Shown piece after piece: positions 24,833 through 63,848 of a stretch of DNA of 64,000 nt. Positions within the stretch are counted from its first letter, which is position 1, and each line of letters starts with the position of its first letter. The position numbers were made by a program, and so were the translations under genes. The notes under the pieces were generated by a model. That model saw only the letters and a program-made list of their open reading frames with translations. It did not search any database and was not told the origin of the DNA. Location: assembly GCF_006345805.1 (NCBI RefSeq), contig NC_042999.1, positions 131,812,001 to 131,876,000 of the forward strand, given 5' to 3'. This DNA is from Octopus sinensis. Lineage: Eukaryota.

Positions 24833-27800
24833 GTAAGTTTTTTTCTCTCTAGTTTTAAATATTTATTTCTTATTTCTTCCATGTGTCATTTATATTCTAC
24901 ATACACACATATTGGTCACATTAAACTCCCCAATATTATCATATCACGTCCGTTTTCTATTATGTCGTCTGTAACATTTTTCATGTTTACCGGTCTTCTG
25001 CTATTGTTGTCTCGTTAATTATATTGTTATCTAAACACCAATTAAACACTAACTAATGTTATTGCTGTTTGTTTTATGTGTGTCCCATATTTTAGTATGC
25101 AAATGAAGATATTACTTATGTACTGTTTTCCTCTATCTTCTCGAAAGTTTGTTATAAAGAGGCTAGGGTGTTATTTTTAAAATACCAATTACTTTCTACA
25201 TTCACATGAACGAAGTACCGAATTTGGAACGATAATATCGATACATGTAAATGGGGACCTTCCGTCTTAGGTACAAATAATCTAAACGCCTCCTGAATTT
25301 ACTAAAATAGCATTACATGGAATAACAATGGAAGAAGGCTATAAATGCATTGTAAGGCTATAAATACGTTGTTTTTGTGAACATGACACCTGCTGATCAG
25401 AACATAAATATATATACAGTTGATGATATTCCATTTCCCTTTTATGGTGTTTGTGTGCAAAATATGTTCATTGGGCTCTACAAAAAGCGTGTGGTTTACG
25501 GGTTTGGAAATTGTTTATAGCTACGGCCTACTATCCGTTAAAATGCAGATGCCAAGCAACACCTGATTAATAAAGTTGCAACACTTCAATCAGGGCCACA
25601 TAAGAGACACATTTAAGGCTGTGACGTTCCACCATTCCCAGAATCCAGTGGCCCTGTCGATAATCATCACTCTAACCCTAAACTATGTAATGCATTTCTA
25701 TTACATTTTTGGATTTTAGGTACTTAAGATGTAATATCCTGTTACAGATTTATAATCCGAACATCAGAATATTGATAAATATCGTTTAAATGATCCCTTT
25801 TTTTAGCTATAAACCTTCCCACCGCAGTTTTATATCTAAAAATTTATTCGCATTTTAGATACGTTAATCACAATTGTACGACCCATATTTTGTCACTGAA
25901 TTGACATCTGACATTCTATTACACTCTTTTGTACAACAGTAGATATAATTTTAATTGAAATGCTATACAATATCGCTCCGCAGTTTTACTCAGACTATAC
26001 ACACCCAACCGCAAGTACATGGTTATGCACCAATAACATGCAACATCACTGTGTGGATGTTGTCTTATATGTTAAAGTTAGCTACACATTGTCACTCAAC
26101 ACGAAGTTTTGATCAGAAGCCGAAATTATTACAATCAATCTATTAATTCTTTATTTTTTTCTTATTCTTTACCTGAAATTCTGTATGACTGAATTCTATT
26201 TTAAAAACCTCCTTTTATGTTAATTCCTTTTGTGCTGTTTTTGATGGAAATTATAGTACTATCTTTCTTTAAGATTTGAAAGTTTTAAGTTACTAACTCT
26301 GAATTAAAATTATTGATTTTTTTTTTAAACGTTTTATTTTCTCTAAACTTGACATATGGCTATAAAATTTTTACTTTATGGAGTAAGATTGATTGGACAC
26401 TTTCCTACAACCAACCAATCAACCATTATTTCATATACTGTAAGCCCAAACAAAACATTTGTATGATCTTATTATATAAATGTTTCATACACGATTAACC
26501 ATAGAGTAAAGAAAGATTGAATAAATCATATATGAATCCAAGAAATTTTAAAGTCCTATTCTATTGCAGCTGGTTATTTATGTTATTTAGTGATACAAGT
26601 CATGCTTGGTTTAACATGTCTTTTCTCATGTATTTACTTCTCAAAGTTTTATTTCTATTTATAATAATATGGATCACAAAAAAAAATGCAATCCCCAATT
26701 TCGCTTATTCTGTTGAGAATCAGGACAGCTGCTCAGATTCTCAACATCGCATAAGATTGCAGAAATCTGATTGAACTTTTTTCACTACTAGCACTGAGGA
26801 TGATCTTTTTCTAAACTTTTTATGAATATCAAAACTCAGGCACTATAAGTTCTTTTATTTTTTTTACTTGTTTCAGTGATTTGACTCTAGCCATGCTGGA
26901 GCACCACCTTGAAGGGTTTTAGCCAAACAAATTGACTCCAGGACTTGTTTTTCAAGTCTAGTACCTTTTCTGTTGGTCTCTTTTGCTGACTCATTAAGTT
27001 ACAGGGATGCAAACACACCAACACTGGTTGTCAAGCAGTGATGGGGGTTGGCAGACACAAAGGCACACACACACATATATATATATATATCTATATATAC
27101 ACACGATGGGCTTCTTTTTCTACTTGTATTTCTTTCAGTCTTTTTCTCTGTTCTTTTTTTCTTTCTGAATATCTACTCTTTTGATAGCCTTATAATTTTA
27201 CCATTAACTATCAGAGAATCAACTTAGAAATGTGACTTCTGTTACTATTATGAGTCTAGGAGGCCTGGTCTCTCCTAACAGCAAATGACTACCTCATGGA
27301 TAATGGGGCTCTGAGTTCTATGAAACAACTTCTCTGTGATACTGACATGACATAAGAACACCACAGCCTAGCCTCAACAGTTTAACATCACCTAGCTCTT
27401 AAATGCCACTCTATTGCAAGCATTTAGACCATGCGTCCAGTTTAAAGGTCCAGTCTCTTGACATACAAACTCCCTGTTTGCCAAAGTATTGGTAGAGAAA
27501 GGTTTTGTAGTTGATGATATGGCACTGGCCTGAAACTATAACAGCTTAAAAGGCTGCCCCATTGATGATTAATCTTGTATTCTATTCTATTCTCATTCAG
27601 ATTGTGACTAGTGAGTACATCAATTCAAGAGCTTATCTTTATGACATTTCCATTTGTGATTTTCAGATCAAAGTGGTGATTCATGGGAGCCCATGAGTTG
27701 GCAGCTCCTTTTCTTCTACCACCATGAACCATATAGACAAAATTGATTAACAATCAAATTGTTAGACAATTTTCTTTTTTTCAGCACACCAGCTTTAATC

Positions 27801-27963
27801 TTATACACTGTCTAACATGCAACCTCTGCATTATCAATCTCTCAGACACAAATTTTTCACCTTTTATCATTAACCCAAACCTGTTGTCCATACCATACTT
27901 TCATCATCATTGTTTAACGCCTGCTTTCCATGTTGGCATGGGTTGGATGGTTTGACTGAGGTC

Positions 27964-28210
27964 AAACCATTTAAGGCGGCAAGCTGGCAGAAACATTAGC
28001 ACGCCAAGCGAAATGCATAGCCGTATTTCGTCTGCCGTTACGTTCTAAGTTCAAATTCCGCTGAGGTCGACTTTGCCTTTCATCCTTTCGGGGCCGATAA
28101 ATTAAGTACCAGTTGTGCACTGGGATTCGATATAATCGACTTAATTCATTAATTTGTCTGTCCTTGTTTGTCCTCTCTGTGTTTAGCCCCTTGTGGGTAG
28201 TAAAGAAATA
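27964..28210 (+). mobile_element. Young copy of the dominant SINE family (aaggcggcaagctggcagaa...gagttcaaattc...gcctttcatcctttc) with a 15-bp TSD
   Basis: TSD GGTTTGACTGAGGTC at 27949-27963 and 28211-28225; CpGs retained. Older copies at about 3690, 3915, 5900, 33780, 41700(-), 44040, 45835, 47930, 52790, 57600(-), 59530 and 60620(-). Confidence 0.85.
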
Positions 28211-29681
28211 GGTTTGACTGAGGTCTGGCAAGCCAGTGGGCTGCGCCAGGCTCCAATCTGATACTTTGTATTTCAAAATCATTCTGAAAGGTAATGCTTG
28301 CATATATATAGAATTCACTCTCTTTGCTATTCACTTCTATTGTCTGAATAGCTGCCACAAAAACTCAAGAGTTAATATGAGACAAATTTTCCTTCTTCAT
28401 TCTTCTAACTTCCTTCACTGTATCTATTAATCTGTTAGTAGTTGTTTGACTCTCATCCTGCATTGATATCCATCTTGCTTCACACCTCTCTATAAAGTCA
28501 GGTAGCCTCAGTATTACACAACTCCTCCAATACAAACACAAACAATTATTACGTAAATCCATTTAACACTCCCCAGTGCAGTTATGCACTGATATTCTCT
28601 CATAGAAATGTCATGCATACAACATTACAAGAATTACTTCCCAAAGACTGGCTCTTACCTTCAGAACAAGAAAATAAACACTTCAGCTCTGATCACTCTG
28701 TAAAGTTTAAGTAAGTGTCATTAACACAGTGTTCACATGCATTGGGCAGTGTTCTACAACATGCACAAGCATCCTAGATCACATTTAGAAGGCTATTTGA
28801 CTTTTTAGCTAAGACCTCACCAACACATAACAATCACTGAGCGATACATTGTTTCTTTCTGTATTCTACTTCTACTACTATAGTGGCCTCTTCTCTTCTG
28901 GGCTGTCTACCTGAACACACACATTTACATGACATGCTCATTTCTCCTCTTGCTACTCTTATTGTCTCACCTTCCAGACTTTGCAATAAACACCTCCCAT
29001 AATCTTTCTTCCCTAAACCTGAAACTGTCTTCAGTCCCTATGTCTGTGGTTTCCAATGTTCTTGTGACCATGTCTCCTTATTTCCTTATACATAAGATAC
29101 ACAACACTTTTACTGCCAAGTGTGTTATTCAAATTTAAAATCTTGCAACACTGTAGGATGTCATGATAGACTAATCAAAACCCATGCATTAGAAGAAATT
29201 TAACCCTTTAGCATTCAGATTCTTCTGTTAAATGTAAAGCTTATTTATTCACATTGTTTTGAATTAATCACGCATTATCTCAAAACTTCAAGTTTATGAT
29301 GATATGATTGTCTATTTTTAGAAAGACACTGTAGGGTGGTGTGGGAGGTCAGATTTGGATACTTTGAACATAAAATAAGTAGAATATTTAGGCCAGATAT
29401 GGCCCAGTTTAAATGCTAAAGTTCTAATCTGAACATCAACGCCAATTAATTCCACCAGTTTAGGAGGCCCTACACAGGTCATGAACCATGCATTAGAAGA
29501 AATTTTAAAATTCTGGCTTAGTAAAGTAAGAGAATTTAAAAAGGGGGATTTCTAGGATATTTTCAAGATATATAAAAGTGTAAACATCTATTTTTAAAAT
29601 TATTTTTTTCCAATTCAGAAATTATGAAAGACACGGAAATTTTTATAATTTTTTTTTCTTTTCCTCAGAACATCCTCAAAA

Positions 29682-53757
<24,076 letters not shown>

Positions 53758-53784
53758 AAGTGTAAGTAATAATTTTAATCTCTT

Positions 53785-54140
53785 TTTTACTTGTGTCAGT
53801 CATTTGACTGTGGCCATGAAGATGAAGGGTTTTAGTCAAGGAAATCAAGCCCAGTAATTATTTTTTTTAAGCCTTGTACTTATTCTATCAGTCTTTTTTG
53901 CTGAACTGCTAAGTTATAGGGACATAAACACACCAACACCAGATGTCAAGTGGTGGTGGAGGACAGACACGTACACACATGCAACGGGCTTTTTTTAGTT
54001 TCTGTCTACCAAATCCACTCACAAGGGTTTTGTTGGTCCAAGGCTACAATAGAAGACACTTTGCCAAGATGTTGTGCAGTGGGACTGAACGAAGAACAAT
54101 GTGGTTGAGAAGCAAGCTTTTTACTACACAGCCACGCCTG
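53785..54140 (-). mobile_element. CORE-like tRNA SINE, inverted relative to the copy at 50582
   Basis: Reverse complement of the family seen at 50582-50945. Confidence 0.8.
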
Positions 54141-55031
54141 TGCCTATACTGTACATGATTAAAATATATACCAGTTTAGTGCAATATTACATGTTTTAAG
54201 TTCAAAAAGACCTCCCACCATCCCACATGCACACTCTCAAACGGAAGCAGAGGTAATGAGCTTAGGGTAGTGAAATATGAATGATAAATGCAAAAGTGAA
54301 GTATGATCTGTTGGTGTTTTAGTTTCATAAATGGACAAAGTTGAAGTGAGTTTATCAATTAACTATGCTGATACAAAGATGTAAGTAATAGAGATTTGTA
54401 ACTATTAAAATGGTGAGTTTCAGTATTGGTAGACTAATATACGAAATACCTTGTAACATTCCCTTTGTGTTTTTGTTTCAAATCCTGGAAGGATCAACAT
54501 TGCCCTCTTTCTTTCTGCTAAAAACCTCTTTAGATATTCCTGGTACTCAAATGAACTGGATGTCTCCAATAATGTGTGCCCTACTTTTGAAGTTAAAATT
54601 AATTGGTACTAATTGGTAGAACTCCAAATAAAATATCTTGTATTTTGTTAACATTGTATTGCATTCTGGGTTTGACTTAGCCTTTCACACTTCCTGGGTT
54701 GATTAACCCTTTAGCTTGAGATTACTCTGTCAAATGTAATGCTTATTTATCTACTTTGTTTTGAATTAATCCTGTATTATCTTGTGTCTTTGAGATTTCA
54801 ATGATGTGATTACTTATTTTCAGAATAACATTGTAGAGTAGGTGTGAGAGACAGGATATAGCCAGTTTGAACATAAAACATGCAGGATATTAGGGCCAGA
54901 TATGGCCTGTTTAAATGCTTAAGTGTTAAATAGTTACCTGACAAATACTAAGATCAATATAATTAAAAATAATCCCCCCCCCCGCCAAACTTCTGCTTGT
55001 GTTAAAAATTATCATTATTATTTGTTTTCAG

Positions 55032-55830
55032 GTTCACATATCAAATTCCAAAGTAGGAGAATGCCTGCTAAGCTGACAATTTATTGAGAGAGAATCCCTG
55101 CTCAATCTAAATTATAAAATCAAAGAAGAAGGAAAAAAAAGCATTTTTTTTTTGTACTTAACATTTATCAGAATGAGTGGATTGAAAATGTGTTAGAAAA
55201 CAATGATAAAAGTCTTTTAATTAAAAGTTATATGGCTGTGGATTTTGGAAAGAACATCTTAATGAAAGGATATTTTGTTTCTGTAAGAAAATGTTTGAAA
55301 AGCAAGTCCTTGTTGAGTTCAGCTTTAGAACTCTGAGTGATTGTCAAGTACACTTAACTTGTTTATCTTTCATTTCTTCAGCATTTCTCATTTTAAAACT
55401 TCTTTCCTTTTTTGCTTATCAACAAAACTAACATTTTGTCATTCCTAACATTTTGAAATAACACTTGATAATGGGTTCTGAATATTAATATTTTTTTCTT
55501 TGTTACTCTTGTACTCTTTGTCTTCTATGGTATTGTTCAAACTGTGCTATTGTAATGTTTTTACATTTATGTTCCTGATAAATTGATTTTTTTTAAATAC
55601 ATTAAATGGTATTTTGTGTTAAATTTAATAAGTTATGCTGTGGATTCTCCATTTAAAAGAAGAATGGTACTCTGTCAATTTGATGAGAAAACTCTCTCTC
55701 TCTTTTCTCTCTTTTTCAAATTGACAGATGCCTACATTGAAGCTAAAATATGTTCAACAAGTTGTCTACTAAATATGTTCATCTTTTTATATTTTTCCTT
55801 CAGTTTCATAATTTCAAATAAAAAAAACCA
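55032..55830 (+). other. Candidate terminal 3'-UTR exon of ERLIN
   Basis: Acceptor attatttgttttcag| at 55032, TE-free AT-rich sequence, AATAAA at about 55817; would pair with the donor at 53762. Inference only. Confidence 0.35.
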
Positions 55831-56009
55831 ACATTTAAAAAAATTTGTTGTTATTACTGAGATTATTCATTCATCTTCCTCTGGTAGGCACATACTTAAC
55901 TCTATTTTCAACTCCATTTAAAGAAATTATTTTAGATTTGAGCAGTTCATCTTTATCATGATGCTGTCTTATTTTCCCATACTTGCATGCTCTGAAGGGG
56001 TTGAACTGG

Positions 56010-57110
56010 TCTTATTCAGCAAATTACCTTACTTTGTGTTGCTATGCATTGTAATTTTTGTGAGATTCAGCCTCTTGAAAATTCTTTTTGTCTTGCTCAG
56101 TTTTCTTCTTCCATTAGTTCCTTCTGCTTAGATTGCTTAGCACGTTTTTTTACCTAATTGTCATCTGCCATGCACATCATGTGTCTGCACCAGCTCAAGC
56201 TTCTCTCTTACATATTGCATTGATATGGTATTTTCTGGCATACAATTCGACCTAGTGTATAGTGTAAACATGTATAAACATTGCCTCCCTCTTTCCAAAT
56301 CCTGTTGCATTTCACATGGACATTTTGATCCTCCAGAGTTGTCTTAGTCTGTCAGTTGACCTACCTTTTTTAGCTGTAAAGTTTAATCTGATATATTTTA
56401 TACCCAGTTTTTTCTCTTGACTTATTTTTTCTCCATTGTTGATGCACACTAATTTTAACATTCAGATTACTATGTCAAACATAATGCTTATTTATTCACA
56501 TTGTTTTGAATTAATCCCGCACTATTTCATAGTTTTGAGATTTCAATGGTGTGATTGTTTATTTTTAAAATGGCATTGTAGGGTAGGTGTGAGTGGCCAG
56601 ATCTGGCTGATTTGAAGATAAAACAGGTAGAATATTTTGGTCAGATATTATCTGTTTAAATGCTAAAGGATTAAACATCCAGCAGAACATGCTTGCCTCA
56701 TTTGCTTTTCAGCCTTCATATAGCTTTCTCATCCAATGCCCCTGTTTTCTGCCATGCATTATTGCACTTTTTGTGCAAGCATATAAGTGACCCTTCATTT
56801 GGAAAAGGGGTTTCTTTGTTAAAGTAATAGCTCCTTGAACTTTTTCCACTCTTTTCTTGCCTGTGATTTGAGAACAGCCACCTCTTCTGCTAATTAGATC
56901 ACTTAAGTAAAACTCCATTCTGGAGCCTTCGGTGAGTACATTACCACTAACTCCTGTTGTGCATCTGCCACATGCAAAGTATTTCTTCTTTACTTGCATC
57001 CCTTGTGCACCCATAGTTTTCATTAGATATGAACTTCGCACAAATTCCTTTTCTGCATATCAAGCATAGCCATCTTACTTGCTAACTAAAACTTTCGTCT
57101 TGGCTGAGAT
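56010..57110 (-). mobile_element. Degraded RTE-clade LINE 3' ORF fragment, interrupted by a piggyBac-type MITE
   Basis: Minus-strand FYLSDLISRRGGCS and KGHLYACTKSAIMHG resemble the RTE YLGD.IS..GG and KG.LY..CVRSAM.HGSETW motifs. Confidence 0.7.
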
Positions 57111-60100
57111 TACTTTGAACTGTTTTAATTCTAGATTTTAATTCCTCACTTGGAATTCTTTCTAAATATTTAATATGAGAACTAGGTTATCAACATTTCT
57201 ACAAACATCTGATCTTAAAAACTCTTTTGTTATGCCTGTATAACCATGATTTAAACAATTATTGCACAAATACATGTTTTACTTAGTAGTTTTCATTTTA
57301 GAAATTTCTGTTCTTAAACTAATCATCAGGGCAAAGGAGGGGCAGAATCTGTAGACCATCAGACATAATACTTTGTATTTAATTACACCCCTTTACACAC
57401 TGAGTTCAAATCCTGTTGAGGTTAAATTAAAAAAAAAATTTTTTTTACTTTCTGCAATTTTCTATAGGTCCATAAAATATATCTGTCATGTTTTGTAATT
57501 GATATGATCAACTATTCTTTCCTCCCCTCAGGTTTGTGCCCCTAGAGAATTTTGTAAATCTGACTGATATCTGTAGGAAAATAAACTACGTAGTAATAAT
57601 AAAGATTTCAAATTTTGGTATAAGGCTGGCAGACTTTAGGTGGGGTAAGTCAATTACCTCAGCCCTTGTTCTCAGCTGGTATTTATTTTATTGACCTTGA
57701 AAGATGAAAGCCAAAGTTGTCAGCAGAATTTGAACTCAGAACATAATGAGTTGGAAAAAATACCACAAGGCACTTTATCCAATGCTGTAACATTTCTGCC
57801 AGCTTACCCCTTATAATATAATAATAATATTCATTTTGCAATTCTTAACTGCTATTTTCTCTAAACCTTTTCTTTTTTGTTAAATATCATAATTCTGCTT
57901 GTTTCTCCATTACTTAATCTATCTGTAATGCTTCTACATGATTAGCTTAAGGAGGAGGGAAAGGTTAGTAGTGAGTGAAATGTGTAATTTTTTCTTTCTC
58001 CATTACTTAGCCCATCAGTAACACTTTTATGTGATTAGTTGAAGGGAAAGGCAAAGAGAAACAGAGGGTAAAGCGAAGGGTGAGAGAGAAAGAGGGAGAG
58101 TGCTGTGCATTAAGTCTATAAAATTGTCCTTAAAGTATATAAGGTGCATTAAGTAATCATCATATTCCAATTTCCTTCACTTTTCAATGATTAGCAGATG
58201 AGCAACTATCTTTTGATACAGACACAACACAGGCAGTGTTTTCAGGTTTTCAGAAATAACCCAATAAATTTACCATTAATTCCGTGAAATATTCACAGGC
58301 CCCACAAGTAGTAATTATATTCTTAATCTTTTTAAAGATATACAAGTGTTAGTGGATAAGAGCAATGTTATCCTTAGCTTAGAAATAAGGATTCTTTGTT
58401 CAAATTTTTGTCTTGTGCTATATACACATCTAGCTGCACTGCACTTGATGATAGTTTAAGATTTGACCAATGTAAACCTGGTATTGTAAATTTTGAAATA
58501 TTTCATCATTAACAATGTTAATAAGCGTCAGGTTATAAACATTAAAAAAAAACAACTTTTGAGTGTCCTCTTAACAGGAGCTCGAAATAGTAACTGAATA
58601 TCTCTCAAATTTCACCATACTGCTTTGAGAGTTAAGGACACAATGTGCATCTAGGGTCACATTATTTTAGACATTCAATTAAGTCAGGGATGATCATGGT
58701 TGGAATGTCTTGATTATACCTGATGTAGAATTACATGCTTTTTTTCTGTGAATCTTAAACATTAAAAAAACACATTTTAAGATCAATTTTTACATATTAA
58801 ATGCTTATTTCTTTCCCTCCATATAGGTATGAATATGATAGATTAGGAAATATTAATATTGTCATATGAATTGGTTTTATAATGAATTTAATTTAACTAG
58901 TGTTGCTGTGCTAGTGTGAAAAGGCCTTGCTTGGGTTTTGAGCTTCACTTTTAAACAAATAACCCTCATTTAATCAAAAGATAATTATCATTTCCTCAAA
59001 TAATATTATTTATGAAAATGTGCTATTTTTCAACCGTTCTTTTTGCTATTCACAGGTTCGGTTGCCTTTGGATAATACATTCATCAAAGGAAATTGTTTT
59101 TAGTCTGCCAGAGTTATTTCCCCCTGTTTTTAATGCGGTTTATTGGACAAACTTGTTAAGATTGATTCAAACTTTATTTTAAATGCATCATAAGCTGTAC
59201 AATAAGAGAGGAAGGTGATCAGGTCTTGCTGAAACATGAATGCCATTGATGTGTGTAAATTGTGAGGAATTTGTATGTTCTGAAATGGATTTAAAGCTCC
59301 AATTTCATTACAACAACTTTATAATGTAAACTGTTATAAACAGTTTTCAGATTTTTATCAATCCTGAAATTGAATTGCAAGGACACCTAATTCCAAGTAT
59401 ATGACTCAATTATTAACAGAAGCCTCCACTCACATACAGTGGGAAAGATCTAATGTTCACAATGGCTCCATTTTTCAGGGAAAATTCTTGACATGAAGAG
59501 AGTATATTTTAAAGAACCATGAAGATGTTGAGCTTGCAGAATTGTTTGTACAACAAATATGCTTTGGGGTATATTTTCTGGCTCTTTACATTCTGAGTTC
59601 AAATCCTGCCAAAGTCAATTTTGTCTTTCATCCCTTTGAGGAGTGGGCAACAAACTAAAGTACCTGTTTAGTGGGATTGATGGTATCAACTAACCTTGCC
59701 ATCAAAATTACTGGCTGTACCTAAACAAGTAACCACTATTATTAAGAACCATCTACAGATGTAGCATTATATTGTATAAGTTGATCTTTATAATGAGTGA
59801 AATAAATTTGATTTAGCAAAACATAATACTCAAGTTGAAGATTGATTTAAGCTTAGTTTAGTATCCACAACCACCTAATCTTTGGATGCTTTTAATAGAA
59901 TTTGTTCTGTTGCAAATATTTTGACCACTCACATTTTTCTTGATTTGTTGATGCTCAGGTTTATTATCAGCTTCACATGTTGATCGTACTCGTCTAAGAT
60001 GGTCTTATAAGGTCATGAGTTTTGATCTTGAGAAGCAGATTAAATAAAATTATATTGAAGCCTTTGACATTTAAATTGGCCACATCTGGCCCAAATATTC

Positions 60101-63100
60101 TATCTAATTTTGGTTTTCAAATTTGGACCTGACTTCCCACATGTACCCAATATTGTCATTCTAAAACTAAATAATCACGTCTTTGAAATCTTGAAGTTAC
60201 ATGATAATGCAAAATCAATCCAAAATAATGTGTGGCCTGGTGCAGCCTTCGGGCTCCCCAGACCCCAGTTGAACCGTCCAACCCATGCTAGCATGGAAAA
60301 CGGACGCTAAATGATGATGATGATGATGATGATGAATAAGCATTACATTTAATAGAGTAATCTAATAGTAAAAAGTATGAGACTATTTTCATACAGTTAC
60401 CAAAATTTTTAGTGATGAAACATTTGTTTTAATATCTAATTTTTACCTCTACACAACATTTCAATTGAAGACCAGATCCAATCAGCATCAAGGTGTTTTA
60501 AACCTGGATATATACATAGTACCAGATGAGATTTTAATTAGGAAACATTTATTTTTAAATTAAGGGTTTTAATACTTATCCACTATACCACTAAAGTACA
60601 CTTAATATTGGTTTCAAATTTTGGTACTAGGCTAGCAATTTCAGGGGAGTGGGTAAGTCAATTATATCACCCCTGTGCTCAAATAGCACTTATTTTATTG
60701 ACCCCTAAAAGGATGAAAAGCAAAGTCAACCTTAGTGAAATTTGAACTCAACACAAAGATGAATGAAATGTGGTGAAACGTTTTGCCTGATTCTGTCAAC
60801 TTGTCACCTTAAGTACACTTACTATTACATTTTAATAATTTAAAGTAACATTTTAGGTTATGCAAAGGAAAAACCGGAGGCTCAGAATAGAGGAAGACTG
60901 AAAAGACTTAACGAAAACATATTTAGTATGATAAATGGAAACAATATATCACAACAGAATGTAATTGATAGAGGATTGTATTGTAAGTTTATAAAAATCA
61001 AAGAAGCAGTTTTTATTTTTGCTAAAACCCAGTTAGTTTAGTCCTCTCATCAGCTTCAGATATGACTGTCTTTACTAGAAAAATGAATTTAAATAGCCTA
61101 AAAATGTGTCTTTAAATGTACTAGCATTACTGACAGCGGATAAGAGCATTACTACCCAAGAGTAGGAGTTTTTGAGTTTGAATCTAGTATGAATATGAAA
61201 CTTGATGGTCAAGATCAAAATGAACTTTAAAAATGAGCTTTGATAGTCAGAAAAAGGGTAATTTTATTAACAATAAACCATTTTAGATGTTTAATTACTT
61301 GTGTAAGATAATTTAAATTGCTAATGGGACTAATGCAATTAGTATCTCCCATGTTAGTTGTCATTTCACATGTCTTTTGTTTTTACGCATGCAAAAAAAA
61401 ATTACCAAGTTTTCTCTTTCAGTAAAGAATAAAAATACTCTCTAAGAAATTGTATTGTGTTCTATAATCCACGAATTTATTCAATCGATGAGATTACGAT
61501 GCCAAGAACTGGTTATTTTTAATGACTATTTTCATAAATACGCAAAATTAAACAGAGTTACCTGAATTGATCAAGTGTCAGTCCTACCCTGCATGAACTT
61601 TATATTACCTTGAGTGTTATGCAACAGCAATAACTCTCTATGACCACAAACCACTTTGCTGTAAAATGGTCACTTGTAAGTAGAATTCACCGTTATAAAC
61701 AAGAATGTTTTTTGTTAGCTTATAATGAATCTCTGCATGGCGAAGCTATGAAACCTAGAGACTAGGTAAGGGGGAACAACTCTAGCAATTTTTTATTTGC
61801 AAAAAATAAATAAAATATGTAAGATCATCTCAAGAAGAAAACAGTAGCATTAACAGTTAAAGCAAACTTGCCTACTTAGACAAAGATAACATTATCATGA
61901 ATTACAATTTATATAAAGTTAATGTATGTAGTTTGATAATTTGTTTTTAACAGTTGATAGGAAAAGACACTCGCGTATTTCAAGTGTTTGTATTTCACGA
62001 AATATCTAAGCTGCGGAGAACATTAAAAATATACGGTTTGCAGCATCTTTGTATCTTTATTACAGGTATATAGCCTAAAAGAAGAGGGGACAATAGGAAG
62101 ACAGGCAACACAAAACGTGGGGTACATAAAATGAAAATGTGTATGTGGAAGACACATCTTAGCCGTTCAAAACACACCAAGACTGCTAACTTCACTTAAA
62201 GTTTATTGTTACGTATCAAAATTTTCGACGCACGAACTGTAATCTGTTCTCTAACATAATTTCACTGCATCCTGTGCAGTGAAATCATATCAGTGACCAC
62301 CAGGACGCTGAAAATTTTGATGCATAACCAACGTTAAGTGAAGTTAATGGTCTGCATGCTTTCGAATGGCTAGAATGTGCTTTCCACGCTGCAATCAATT
62401 TTGTTTCAATACACGATTCCCAAATGAAATTACTTGCCTGACAAGTACACCTCCGAAACAAAAAATATAATTTTGCAGTAATAGCTTTAACAGTCTAGTA
62501 ACAGTTAACACAAATAAACAACCAAACAGTATTTGATAGACAAGACAAAATTAATGACAGCTATTTCAGCTGCTGCGTTTATCTACCATAGTCTACATAC
62601 AGATCTTCGTTGAGAAGATTCAGTTTCATTTTTGAAGACAAGCGTTTCATTAACCGTTTTGTAAAATCAAAATTGGGGAACTCCCCAATCTTTTCTGTTT
62701 GGCTTTCACTTTTCAACTTCAAATTTGTTCCAATGGATTTAAAATTTGCTATATTTATATAGTTTTTAAATACTAATTTGGGAAATTTATTTTTGCCATA
62801 AAGTAATAAATCATGAAATCTCTAATATACCTTTAATATTTTCCCCTCCCTTATTACTAAAATATTCTATGAAAGGTCCGTGAAGGAAATCATCTACTAT
62901 ACTTAGAGCTGCTATCAGAAATTGCTCCCCCTAAAAGTGAAATCGTGTAACCCAATTATATATCTGTAATATCGTTCCCTCTTTTATCAATTAACTATTT
63001 TATGAAAGGTCCATGGTGAAGATCACTCCACTCAATACACTGAACTGTTATTAGAGATTACTGCTCCTATTTAAGATATTAACAACTTTTAGAATAAATT

Positions 63101-63722
63101 AGTTGAGATATTAAGAGCAAGTCTTGTTAGAAAAACACGAGGAAACAACAGTTTTTGTTGTTTCTACGAACAAAACACTCTACTCTCCTATTTCTTCTGA
63201 CAATTCAGCCATCTTATCCCCTACCAAAGAAGTTCTCAGACGTTTGTAGCATTTTCTTTCCAAGGACTTTTTCAAGCTGAAATTTATTGTTTGCTTGCTT
63301 TATTGCAATAATTATCTCTAAGAATGATATATTAATTAATTAACCAGCCAACATTGGCTAATAATTATTTAATGACGGAGGTTTTTCAAGGGTTGACTTA
63401 CCTAGTATTCACAAAAATAAAAATATATTTCAAGTGACTGAATTACTTAATTCATTTAAATTTCGGAGATATTCCTATGTTCTATGTATTTTTCGACTAA
63501 ATATTCTCTATATTGACTTCTATAGTGTTTGGAATATGTTCTGATGTTATGGTATGTAACCTCATCCATTTCTTTTTAGATAGATTTGTAAGTTAAAGTG
63601 AGAGTTGTAAGGGAGGCCAATCCATGACACAATTTCACTCAATCATTCAAGGTTATTGCCCCTGAATTTGTACTAAACTAAAGCTAAAAATAACAACATA
63701 GCTTTGTTTGAAACGATGGCTG

Positions 63723-63848
63723 TACGCATGCGTAAGTTTCAATATTTTCTAAGTTCACTTTGACGAAAAATGGCGCTTTACGTGAAGTTGTTATAGAATC
63801 TGTCCAACTTAGTGTGGCTTTCTTCCAAACACCTCTTCTGTTCTCCAA
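63723..63848 (+). promoter_or_regulatory. Probable promoter and non-coding first exon of the next gene
   Basis: Palindrome TACGCATGCGTA (63723-63734, NRF1-like), AAAATGGCG (63767-63775, YY1-like), donor CTCCAA|GTAAGT at 63849, CpG-retaining neighbourhood. Confidence 0.5.

Noticed and set aside
25415-25570. C/D box snoRNA candidate (TGATGA...CTGA) in the first ERLIN intron
   Set aside because: No terminal stem or recognisable rRNA antisense element; such boxes are common by chance in this sequence.
28300-29160. Possible LINE endonuclease remnant on the minus strand
   Set aside because: Composition suggests an old LINE, but no diagnostic motif could be read.
60850-62200. Scattered splice-like sites and short open frames as another gene
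   Set aside because: No consistent exon chain or recognisable protein; ORF 61995..62195 has no support.
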